Of a stretch of DNA of 64,000 nucleotides, positions 22,927 through 31,152 are shown piece after piece; the stretch's first letter is position 1; each line of letters starts with the position of its first letter. A program made the position numbers and the translations under genes. The notes under the pieces are model-generated. The model made no database searches. It was not told the origin of the DNA and worked only from the letters and a program-made list of their open reading frames with translations. The stretch spans positions 12,964-76,963 of the forward strand of contig CALVTE010000003.1 of NCBI GenBank assembly GCA_944360075.1, in the 5' to 3' direction. Origin of the DNA: an uncultured Clostridia bacterium (GTDB lineage Bacteria; Bacillota; Clostridia; Christensenellales; UBA1242).

Positions 22927-25900
22927 TTATTTTTCTTCTTTATCGCTCTTGTTTTCTTTTCGCTGCTGAGCATTCATTTTGCGCTCTTGTTTGAGTCTGT
23001 ATTCTTCTTCACTAGTCACTTCCTTTTCAATTTCTATCAAATGTTCAGGGGAAGAAACTGCTGAAATTTGCTCATCAATGATTGCAAGTTTTTCTTCAAG
23101 TTTGCTCATGGCAGCAGCGTATGACTTAAACTCTTTTTCAATTTCTTTGGTGATTTTTCCTTGATTTGCAGCTCTTGATTCTTGAACGAAAGATTTGTGC
23201 TGTTCTTCAAGCGTTGTTTTTTCATTTTGCAATGATTTTTTGTTTTCAAACAATTCGCTTAGTTGCTCATCTCTGCGGCGTTTTGCTTCGTTTGCAACCA
23301 AATCCAAGTCAATTGAAATTTTTCTGTCGTAGCCAGATTTTTCGAGTTTTGGCTTTTTCTTGATTTTGATTTTCTTGACAAGCACTGCCACAACAGCCAC
23401 AATGATTGCAAGAGTCATGATTATAGAACCAATCAGCAGCCAAGGGTCAGCTTGATTTGCAGGAGTGGATGGTTCTTCGTCGGCTGAAGGGGTGTCGTCT
23501 TCTGAGCCTTCGTCGCTGTCAGTTGAAATATAATTGCTTTGGAACACTTTTTCTTGATAGTATGGGTCAATTTTGGCGCTATTGAATTCTGTTTGTGAAG
23601 ATTTTGTGATGTCAATGTTTGTCAAAATTGCCGAGCCAAGTGTTTCCATGCTGTCACTGGTCAGAGTGAAGACGATTTGTGCAGTTGAAGATGATGAACT
23701 GTTGAGATAAATGGTGTAGGATTCAAGTTTGTTCGACTTCAAATTGCTTATAACTTCAAAGCCATCTATACTGATTGAAACGCCGTAGTCATGCTCTTCT
23801 TCATCACTTAAGTCTTCTTCATCTGGCAGTAGTGTTTGAAGGTCAAAAGTAAGTTTATAGTAGGTTGAACTTTCAAATGTGATAGGGAAGTTTGAACGCA
23901 ATGTTGCCGTGCTTGGCCTTCTTGTTGAGATAACCAAAAGGTTTTTGTCATTTTCTACTTCGTAAACATTGTTTTTGCCTGTCACCATGGCGCCAACTGC
24001 ATATTGACTGTCAGCAAGATTACCACCGTCCAAGGCTTCATCCACTGCAAACTGATATGCCGTTGTGGTTGAAGAGGTGTAGACGTCGCCAGTCAACTTG
24101 TCGCTTTCAAAAGACAAGAAATAGTCTGAGAAGTTGTTTCTGTATAAAGCCTGTTCATATTCATCACTGGAACTTGTGGTCAAAAGCAGATTGTCGATAT
24201 AAACTGTGCCAACTTCATTTTCATCCTCTGTTCCAAACGAAATCTTGACTGTCACAGAACTGCTTACCGTTTCAGCGGTGTGGAAAACAACTTCAAATTT
24301 GCTCCAATGGTCAGCGCTTTCAAGTGCTTTTTCTTCAAACAGAACAATTCCGTTTTCATCAACGATTTCCACTGAGATGCTTGCCAAATTGGAATCTGTT
24401 TTTGATTGCGTGTAAAAGTCAAATGAAATTTTTTGATAAGAGTTTGCGGCCATGGAGAGAGATGGCGAGGTCAATGATTGATAAGAATAAGTGCTGTTGT
24501 GCATCATATAAACATTGTTTGTTTGGGCTGAAAATGGAGGATTTTCTGGGAAGAAGGTTGCCCAGTCATAGCCAGCATACATTTGATTATACATTTCTTT
24601 GTTGTAAAGATAAATCACGCCAGAAGAGTTGTATTTTTCATCCTCAATTTCGCTAGTATATTTTTCGGCTGCCACAGGATACCCTTTTTCGGATGCCTGA
24701 GTTGAGTTGAAATATGCGTTGTTTTCGTTTGCACTCGAGAAAGACGTCAGTTCGTATTTTTCCGTTGCATTGTTGTATTGTTCATAGCTAGCACTTTCAA
24801 TTTTAATGTTGTCAACCACCACACAGCCCTTTGCCATAGTGGAAGAATCGCCAAGCGAAAGCACCACGTTGAAGGAGGACTTATATAGTGAGTGACCTTT
24901 CACATAAAATTCTACCGTTTGATAGTTGTTTTTAAACTCGTTGGTTGTGTTGCTGGTCAGGCCAGAAGTTTTTCCGCTTTGCAAGCTGTAACTTGTGTTT
25001 TCCAAAGAAGGGTAGTAAGCAAAAATTCCTTGTTTGCCGTCTTCTGTTTTTCCCACTTCTTCAATGCCCAAGCTGAAGCTTCCGCTTTCGATTGATGCAA
25101 CTTTGACAGACGCTGTGATTTTGTAAATTTGATGAGGGGTGATATCAACAGCCTTTGATTTCACTCTCACATAGCCAGATTTTGCATTTTTGTCGGTAAA
25201 CAGCACAAGAGCTTTTGTGTTTTCTTTGTCATTGAGTATGTCGTAAGAAAGGTCCATTCCAATATAGTCATAGCCTGTTTGCGTTTTGAAGTTTGTGTTT
25301 GGCTCTTTCAGTCTCATCACTCTGGCGTTGCCGTTTTTAGAGTCCTTGACGTCCCAAGCAGGTGAAAGGGTGTCTGAAGAGGTTGTTTCATTTTCAAAGT
25401 CAAAATTATAGCTTTCGTCAACAATATTTTCATCATCAAGCAGTGTTGTGACCAAATATTTTGTTTCTGTGCTTGCAAGCTGGTTGTAATTATCTACGGT
25501 GTAATCATCTTCTATCTGAGCGACAAAGGAGTTTGCAGAATATTGCGTAAGCATCACCTCGTCAAAGAAGACAACTCCGCTGCTATAGTCGCCAGAGTTT
25601 GTGCCGAGATAGAAGTCTAGGGTGACAGTTTGTTCTTCCTCTCCAGTTGCCACAAAAATTTGATAAGGCTGCCATGGGCGGTTTTTAAGACGTTCATAGC
25701 CAATTTTCAATGCTTCACCGTCTTGGTCAACCATGCCTGTCAAGTAGGCGGAAGCAAAGGCATCATTGTCGCCATTTGTGTCAGTTTTCACTGCAAAAGA
25801 AAAACTATAGTAAGAATTTGGGCTCAAGGGGATTTGCGAAGAACGAAAACCTTTGCTCGCACGATTGTTTTTTGCTGATTTTGAATCTTTTGAATTGATC

Positions 25901-26295
25901 ATCAAAATTCTGCTGTCATCGCCAAGTTCAGCTTTAGGATTTGATGTAAGAAAATAGGTGTCTTCTTGGTATTTTGAAAAAGAATTGCTTGACGAGGTGC
26001 TGCTAACATCAATAATCATTCCTGTTGCATCACTTTCTGTTTCAATAGCGCTCCAGTTGCCAACAGAACCATCATCGTCAGAGTCGTAAGGCTTTGAGCC
26101 ATCTTTAAAAGAAGGATTGGTGATGTTTTTTGTCACATCAACTTGCCTAGAAGGAATATAGGCACTTGTTGTTGTTTCTTCTTCCGCTTTTGTCATCTTA
26201 AAAGCGCCCATTCCCATTGTTAAGGAAAGAGGCAAAATAGCCATTGCAGCAAGAGATAAAATAAGTTTTGATTTTTTAGTCTTTTTTCTGATCAT
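22927..26295 (-). CDS. Large cell-surface protein: signal peptide, repeated jelly-roll (CBM-like) domains, TM, cytoplasmic coiled coil
   Basis: N-terminal signal; repeat ends VFFDEV, VVVDNI, VYIDNL, ILTNID; TM WLLIGSIIMTLAIIVAVVAVLV; charged tail. Confidence 0.7.
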   Translation of the reverse strand: MIRKKTKKSKLILSLAAMAILPLSLTMGMGAFKMTKAEEETTTSAYIPSRQVDVTKNITNPSFKDGSKPYDSDDDGSVGNWSAIETESDATGMIIDVSSTSSSNSFSKYQEDTYFLTSNPKAELGDDSRILMINSKDSKSAKNNRASKGFRSSQIPLSPNSYYSFSFAVKTDTNGDNDAFASAYLTGMVDQDGEALKIGYERLKNRPWQPYQIFVATGEEEQTVTLDFYLGTNSGDYSSGVVFFDEVMLTQYSANSFVAQIEDDYTVDNYNQLASTETKYLVTTLLDDENIVDESYNFDFENETTSSDTLSPAWDVKDSKNGNARVMRLKEPNTNFKTQTGYDYIGMDLSYDILNDKENTKALVLFTDKNAKSGYVRVKSKAVDITPHQIYKITASVKVASIESGSFSLGIEEVGKTEDGKQGIFAYYPSLENTSYSLQSGKTSGLTSNTTNEFKNNYQTVEFYVKGHSLYKSSFNVVLSLGDSSTMAKGCVVVDNIKIESASYEQYNNATEKYELTSFSSANENNAYFNSTQASEKGYPVAAEKYTSEIEDEKYNSSGVIYLYNKEMYNQMYAGYDWATFFPENPPFSAQTNNVYMMHNSTYSYQSLTSPSLSMAANSYQKISFDFYTQSKTDSNLASISVEIVDENGIVLFEEKALESADHWSKFEVVFHTAETVSSSVTVKISFGTEDENEVGTVYIDNLLLTTSSSDEYEQALYRNNFSDYFLSFESDKLTGDVYTSSTTTAYQFAVDEALDGGNLADSQYAVGAMVTGKNNVYEVENDKNLLVISTRRPSTATLRSNFPITFESSTYYKLTFDLQTLLPDEEDLSDEEEHDYGVSISIDGFEVISNLKSNKLESYTIYLNSSSSSTAQIVFTLTSDSMETLGSAILTNIDITKSSQTEFNSAKIDPYYQEKVFQSNYISTDSDEGSEDDTPSADEEPSTPANQADPWLLIGSIIMTLAIIVAVVAVLVKKIKIKKKPKLEKSGYDRKISIDLDLVANEAKRRRDEQLSELFENKKSLQNEKTTLEEQHKSFVQESRAANQGKITKEIEKEFKSYAAAMSKLEEKLAIIDEQISAVSSPEHLIEIEKEVTSEEEYRLKQERKMNAQQRKENKSDKEEK

Positions 26296-26407
26296 AATCA
26301 CACCTTTTAGTAGTCAAAATTGTTTATATTTAAAGTCACTAGAATATTATAATATATTTATTGCCACAAATCAAATAATTTTTGCAAAAATATCAATAAT
26401 ATATTTG

Positions 26408-26824
26408 ATGAATTTGAAAAAAGAGAATTATCAAAGCGCTATCGCAAGTAAAAAGCAGAAAAGCCTTGAAGCAAAAAAGGTTTTTATTTTGATTGGTTGT
26501 GGCGCTTTGATTGGTTTTTTGAACGGTTTTTTTGGCGGTGGCGGGGGAATGGTCTGCGTGCCTTTGCTTGAAAGAGTGCTAAAGCTTTCAAGCAAACAGG
26601 CTCACGCGACGGCCATTTTTGTTATTTTTCCGCTCAGCTTTCTTTCTTCTTGCATCTATGTTTTCAGCAATTCAGTTTCGTCATTGCCTTTGCTCACGGT
26701 GGCTTTAGGCTCAGTGCTTGGTGGTTTGCTTGGCGCCTACATTTTGAAATTTATGCCGCCCAAGGCATTAAGGCTGGTTTTTGCTCTGATTATGGTGGCA
26801 GGTGGAGTGAGGATGATTTTATGA
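26408..26824 (+). CDS. TauE/SafE (TSUP) family half-protein
   Basis: GFLNGFFGGGGGMVCVPLL and AHATA. Confidence 0.85.
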   Translation: MNLKKENYQSAIASKKQKSLEAKKVFILIGCGALIGFLNGFFGGGGGMVCVPLLERVLKLSSKQAHATAIFVIFPLSFLSSCIYVFSNSVSSLPLLTVALGSVLGGLLGAYILKFMPPKALRLVFALIMVAGGVRMIL

Positions 26825-27201
26825 CGACTTTTCTTTATATATTGTTTGGTTTTCTGTCTGGAATTTTTGGCGGATTAGGCATGGGCGGCGGCACCATTCT
26901 TATTCCATTATTGACAATTTTTGTTGATTTAGACCAAAAAATGAGTCAAGGCATAAACTTGATTGCTTTTTTGATTATGGCGCTGTTTTCTTTGGTTATT
27001 CATTATAAAAACGGCTTTTTAAAAACCAAAGGGACGTGGCAAATCATCTTTAGCGGTCTGCTGTTTTCTTTTTTGGGTGCCATTGTTGCAAACATTGTTT
27101 CTGCCAAAATTTTGAAGGTTTGTTTTGGCGTTTTTCTTATTCTTCTTTCACTAGAGCAGATTTTTAAGATTTTTAAGAAAAATAAAAGAGAAGAAAGATA
27201 A
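26821..27201 (+). CDS. TauE/SafE (TSUP) family half-protein
   Basis: SGIFGGLGMGGGTILIPLL and QGINL; ATGA overlap with the previous gene. Confidence 0.85.
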   Translation: MTTFLYILFGFLSGIFGGLGMGGGTILIPLLTIFVDLDQKMSQGINLIAFLIMALFSLVIHYKNGFLKTKGTWQIIFSGLLFSFLGAIVANIVSAKILKVCFGVFLILLSLEQIFKIFKKNKREER

Positions 27202-27269
27202 TTTTTATTACAAAAATTAGTTTACATTCTTGGTCAAATGTGTTAAAATACAAGCAAACGGAGGACTGT

Positions 27270-27437
27270 ATGGTTGACAAACAAAAATGTATAGGCTGCG
27301 GCACTTGTGTGGCAATTTGTCCAGTGGGGGCTATCAGTTTTGACAAAAAGGGCAAGGCTGAGATTGACAAAACAAAATGTATCCGTTGTGGCGCTTGTCA
27401 AGCCAGCTGTCCTGTAGAGGCTATAAAACTTGATTAA
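27270..27437 (+). CDS. 2[4Fe-4S] ferredoxin
   Basis: Two CxxCxxCxxxCP motifs; GGAGG RBS. Confidence 0.92.
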   Translation: MVDKQKCIGCGTCVAICPVGAISFDKKGKAEIDKTKCIRCGACQASCPVEAIKLD

Positions 27438-27448
27438 GAGAGGATAAA

Positions 27449-28945
27449 GTGGAAAAATTAGCAATATTAGAATTAAATGAAAGTATGTTGAGGGTTTCAA
27501 TCTACAAAGTCAGCAACGGCAGATTTCAAATGATTTTAGACAAAAATCAACCTTTCAATTTGGGCAAAGAAATTTCGGCGGAAGAACTTATCAGACCAAA
27601 AACCAGAACTGAACTTTTAAACGTGATAAAAATTTACAGAAAACTTATTGAAAGCTATAAGGCAACAAAAATCGTTGCGGTGGCTTCCAAGATTTTGTTG
27701 CAGGCCAGAAATTATCGCGGCTTTGTTGATGAAGTTTACAACAACACAGCAATGACCATTCAAATTTTGTCAGATGAAGAGTTTTTGAAAATTCTGTATA
27801 ATTCTGTTATAAACTCAATCGACAATTCAAAAGGGTTTTTCTTCTATGTTGGCAGCGACTTTACTGGGATTGTCAAATATAACAGAAGAACGATGCTTGC
27901 CAGCCAAATTTTGCCTTTTGGCATTGACAATGTGGGCAGGGATGAGCAGGGCAACGAGCGAAGCGCTTTGCAAATTGAAGAATATGTTGGCAAACAGCTC
28001 TCAAACGTTGACATACTGAAAGAGATTGACAGCGAAAGCAATATTGTGGGCTGCGGAAATGCCTTTCTTGCTTTTGGCAAAATTGCAAAAAAGATTGCAA
28101 GATATCCTCTTGATATCGACAATAATTTTGAAGTTTCAAAAGATGTTATGGAAAAAACCTATCAATTTGTCAGCACGATTGAACTTGAAAAAATTGGAAA
28201 AATCAAAGGCATCAACTTTATAGGGGCTGACAAAGTGATAACGGCTGTTGCTTTTGTTAAAGCCTTGTATTTGGCCAGTGAAGCTGAGAGCATTGCTGTT
28301 TCCTCGGCAAGTTTGCGTCACGGCCTTGTCATTCAAAACACAACCGTGCCAGCGCAAGCACAATTTAGCGACCTGTTGTCAAATTCGCTTGACAATTTCT
28401 ATGAATTTAGCAAAAGCGAAAATTCTATCAATGAATATGTTTATCAAATGGCCATGATTTTGTTCAAGCAGCTTAAAGTTATGCACAAATTGCCAAGGTT
28501 TTATGTCAAGCCTTTGCGCATTGCTTCCTTCCTTTATGACTGCGGAGCCATGATAAATTATGACAATCTAGAGAGAAATGGCTTTGATGTGATTTTGAAT
28601 GCTGGCATTTGCGGTGCCTCGCACAAAGAACTTTTGATTGCAAGCTTTATCTGTCTTTGTCAAGACCTTGACAATTTGTCGCTTAGCGAATGGCTGAAAT
28701 ATAAAGACATCTTGAATGATGAAGATTTGGATGCTGTGCGCAAGCTGGGCGTTATTTTAAGCCTTGCAAGGGCTTTGAACGCTTCACGCAAACCGCTGAT
28801 AACTGATATTGTTTGCGACATTTTGGGCGATTCAATCATTGTCAAAACCATCACGGAAGGCAATGCAGAGTTTGAAATTATGGAGGGCATGAAGGTTGCC
28901 TCAACTTACAAAAAAGTGTTCAAGAAAAGTCTGCAAATTATTTGA
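27449..28945 (+). CDS. Ppx/GppA-family protein with degenerate catalytic motifs
   Basis: Ppx-like layout (ASKHA + HD + C-terminal domain; SLRHGL for GLREG); DIGS, EEEA, DIGGGSTE and HD residues are substituted. Confidence 0.75.
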   Translation: MEKLAILELNESMLRVSIYKVSNGRFQMILDKNQPFNLGKEISAEELIRPKTRTELLNVIKIYRKLIESYKATKIVAVASKILLQARNYRGFVDEVYNNTAMTIQILSDEEFLKILYNSVINSIDNSKGFFFYVGSDFTGIVKYNRRTMLASQILPFGIDNVGRDEQGNERSALQIEEYVGKQLSNVDILKEIDSESNIVGCGNAFLAFGKIAKKIARYPLDIDNNFEVSKDVMEKTYQFVSTIELEKIGKIKGINFIGADKVITAVAFVKALYLASEAESIAVSSASLRHGLVIQNTTVPAQAQFSDLLSNSLDNFYEFSKSENSINEYVYQMAMILFKQLKVMHKLPRFYVKPLRIASFLYDCGAMINYDNLERNGFDVILNAGICGASHKELLIASFICLCQDLDNLSLSEWLKYKDILNDEDLDAVRKLGVILSLARALNASRKPLITDIVCDILGDSIIVKTITEGNAEFEIMEGMKVASTYKKVFKKSLQII

Positions 28946-28956
28946 TTGGAGTTGAT

Positions 28957-29958
28957 ATGAAAAAGTATAGGTTTGCTATTGAAATTGGAGGAGCTTACAC
29001 CAAAATCTATGTCAAAGATTTTGGCATTGTTTTGTGCGAGCCAACTTTGGTTGCAGCCAAAGCCACTGCCAGCGGGTATGAGATTGAAGCCCTTGGCAGT
29101 GAAGCGAAAAAACTTATCGGCAAAACAAGTGAAAATGTTGAAATTTTCAGCCCTATCATCAATGGTCAAGTCAGCAATTATGAATATTTGAAAGAACTTT
29201 TAAACTACTTTTTCGATAAAATTGAAATCAGACGGAAAAAAGAAAATATTATCGCTCTTGTCAACTGCGCAATAGCACAGCAAGACCGGACAAATTTGAA
29301 AAATCTGCTCAATGCGGTGGGCTTTCGTGAAGTGGCGCTTGTGCCAACAGTGATTTGCTCCTGCGTGGGGGCGGGCAAGAATATAAGTTCGACAAAAACC
29401 AACATGGTGATAAATATTGGCGGAGCAAACACAGACATTGCTGTTATCAATATGAACAGCATCATCAAAGGTGCAACGCTTGGGCTGGGTGGCAAAGCAG
29501 TGGATGTGGCCATCACCAACGCTATTGCATATAACCACGGCATCGTGCTGGGTGTGGGTGTGAGCGAAAATCTAAAGGTCGAAATTGGCTCGCTTTATGC
29601 CAATGACACTCTAAATATGGAAGTGACAGGCATTGACGTTGAAAGCAAAATGCCAAAATCGTATATCATCACCTCAAACGATTTGCTGCCTATTTTGGAA
29701 CCTTTTTACGATGAAATCGTAAGGTCAGCCGACGTGACAATCACTTCGCTGGCGCCAGAAATTTCAACAGACATCATCAACAATGGAGTGTTGTTTTGTG
29801 GCGGCATGAGCAATATCACAGGCCTCGACCACTATTTGAAAAGAGAGTTTCACTATCCATTCAAAATTCTTCCTGATGCTGAAAATATTTCTATTATGGG
29901 TGCAGGCAAACTTCTTGACGACTGCGAACTTTTAAACAAAATTATTGAAAATTTTTGA
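28957..29958 (+). CDS. Divergent MreB/Mbl-family actin-like protein
   Basis: EPTLVA, GSEAKKLIGKT, PIINGQV, NIGGANTDIAVI, LKVEIGS, APEISTDIINNGVLFCGG. Confidence 0.85.
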   Translation: MKKYRFAIEIGGAYTKIYVKDFGIVLCEPTLVAAKATASGYEIEALGSEAKKLIGKTSENVEIFSPIINGQVSNYEYLKELLNYFFDKIEIRRKKENIIALVNCAIAQQDRTNLKNLLNAVGFREVALVPTVICSCVGAGKNISSTKTNMVINIGGANTDIAVINMNSIIKGATLGLGGKAVDVAITNAIAYNHGIVLGVGVSENLKVEIGSLYANDTLNMEVTGIDVESKMPKSYIITSNDLLPILEPFYDEIVRSADVTITSLAPEISTDIINNGVLFCGGMSNITGLDHYLKREFHYPFKILPDAENISIMGAGKLLDDCELLNKIIENF

Positions 29959-30079
29959 GTTAAACATGCAATTTTTGCATGTTTTTTTATGCAAAATTTG
30001 ACAAAAAGCCTTCAAAAAATCAAATTATCTCGTTTGCCGTGGCTCTATTTTGATATAAAATATTGGCAGGAGCAAAAAT

Positions 30080-30871
30080 ATGGCAAGAAAAATAGTTCTC
30101 ACAAGCGGAAAGGGCGGCGTTGGAAAAACAACGGTGTGTGCAAATCTTGGCAAAAACCTTGCAAAACTAGGGTTTCGAGTGGCGCTTTTGGATGTGGATA
30201 TTGGTCTGAACAATTTGGATGTTGTTATGGGGGTTGAAAACCAAGTGGTTTTCGATATAACTGATGTGGTTATGGGCAAATGTAGAGCCAGACAGGCGCT
30301 TGTTCAAGACAAAAAAATTTCTTCGCTTTATGTGATGCCTTCCACTCATGCCTACAACAAAGTCAAAATTCTTGGAGAGCATATCAAAAATGTGGTCGAT
30401 CAACTCGATAGCAATTTTGACTATATTTTGATTGATTGCCCGGCAGGGGTTGAAGCGGGGTTTCATCGAGCGGTATTTCCGGCAAACGAAGCCATTATTG
30501 TTGTCACGCCCCATCTTTCTTCCATCCGTGATGCTGACAAAGTGATTGCCTTGCTCAGCGACTATAACATTGCAAGCAAAGGGCTTGTGATAAATCGCAT
30601 GAGGGGAGATATGCTTTTGAATGGCGAACTTATGGATATCGAAAGCATTGTAAAGGGGCTTGGTATTCCACTTCTTGGCATTATTCCTGAAGATGACGCG
30701 ATAGGGTCAAGCTGTTCGTTGGGCGGGCAATGTGCATCGGTGGAAAGTGCGCGAGCCTTCACTTTGCTGAGCGAGAACATCCACAACGGGTCAAAAAAGA
30801 TTTTTGATTGCACCTACAAATATCGCGGTCTTTTTGGTTATTTAAAAAGAAATTTAAAAAAGAGGGTGTGA
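30080..30871 (+). CDS. minD: Septum site-determining ATPase MinD
   Basis: TSGKGGVGKTT, DIGLNNLDVVMG, IDCPAG, SIRDAD; C-terminal amphipathic GLFGYLKR. Confidence 0.93.
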   Translation: MARKIVLTSGKGGVGKTTVCANLGKNLAKLGFRVALLDVDIGLNNLDVVMGVENQVVFDITDVVMGKCRARQALVQDKKISSLYVMPSTHAYNKVKILGEHIKNVVDQLDSNFDYILIDCPAGVEAGFHRAVFPANEAIIVVTPHLSSIRDADKVIALLSDYNIASKGLVINRMRGDMLLNGELMDIESIVKGLGIPLLGIIPEDDAIGSSCSLGGQCASVESARAFTLLSENIHNGSKKIFDCTYKYRGLFGYLKRNLKKRV

Positions 30872-31104
30872 TGATGGACTACAGAATTTCAAATCGGCTG
30901 TCATCTGTTTTGGAAGGTGACAAAATGTTTGACACGCAAAGAATTTGTCAAATTTTGGAAAAAGAACTTCAGCCAATAATCGACAATTTTTTGGAACTTG
31001 AAGGAAGAGTCAAAGTAAGATACAAAAAAGAAAATGCGCATAACATCTTTTTTGTTGAGTTTGCAGCGCAAAGAATAAAACCTATCGGATATATTCCTTA
31101 TTAG
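30871..31104 (+). CDS. minE: MinE-like topological specificity factor (divergent)
   Basis: Overlaps the minD stop; NRLSSVLEGDK...ILEKELQPIIDNFLEL parallels the MinE pattern ERLxxVLxxDR...IxxVIxKYVEI. Confidence 0.6.
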   Translation: MMDYRISNRLSSVLEGDKMFDTQRICQILEKELQPIIDNFLELEGRVKVRYKKENAHNIFFVEFAAQRIKPIGYIPY

Positions 31105-31152
31105 TTTATTGTTGCGAAGAGTTGAAAAAAAACACTGCAAAAGCAGTGCTTT

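Noticed and set aside
26408-27201. Frameshifted TauE/SafE pseudogene or programmed frameshift
   Set aside because: Each half has its own glycine-rich motif and they are ATGA-coupled; paired half-size genes are ordinary in Clostridia.
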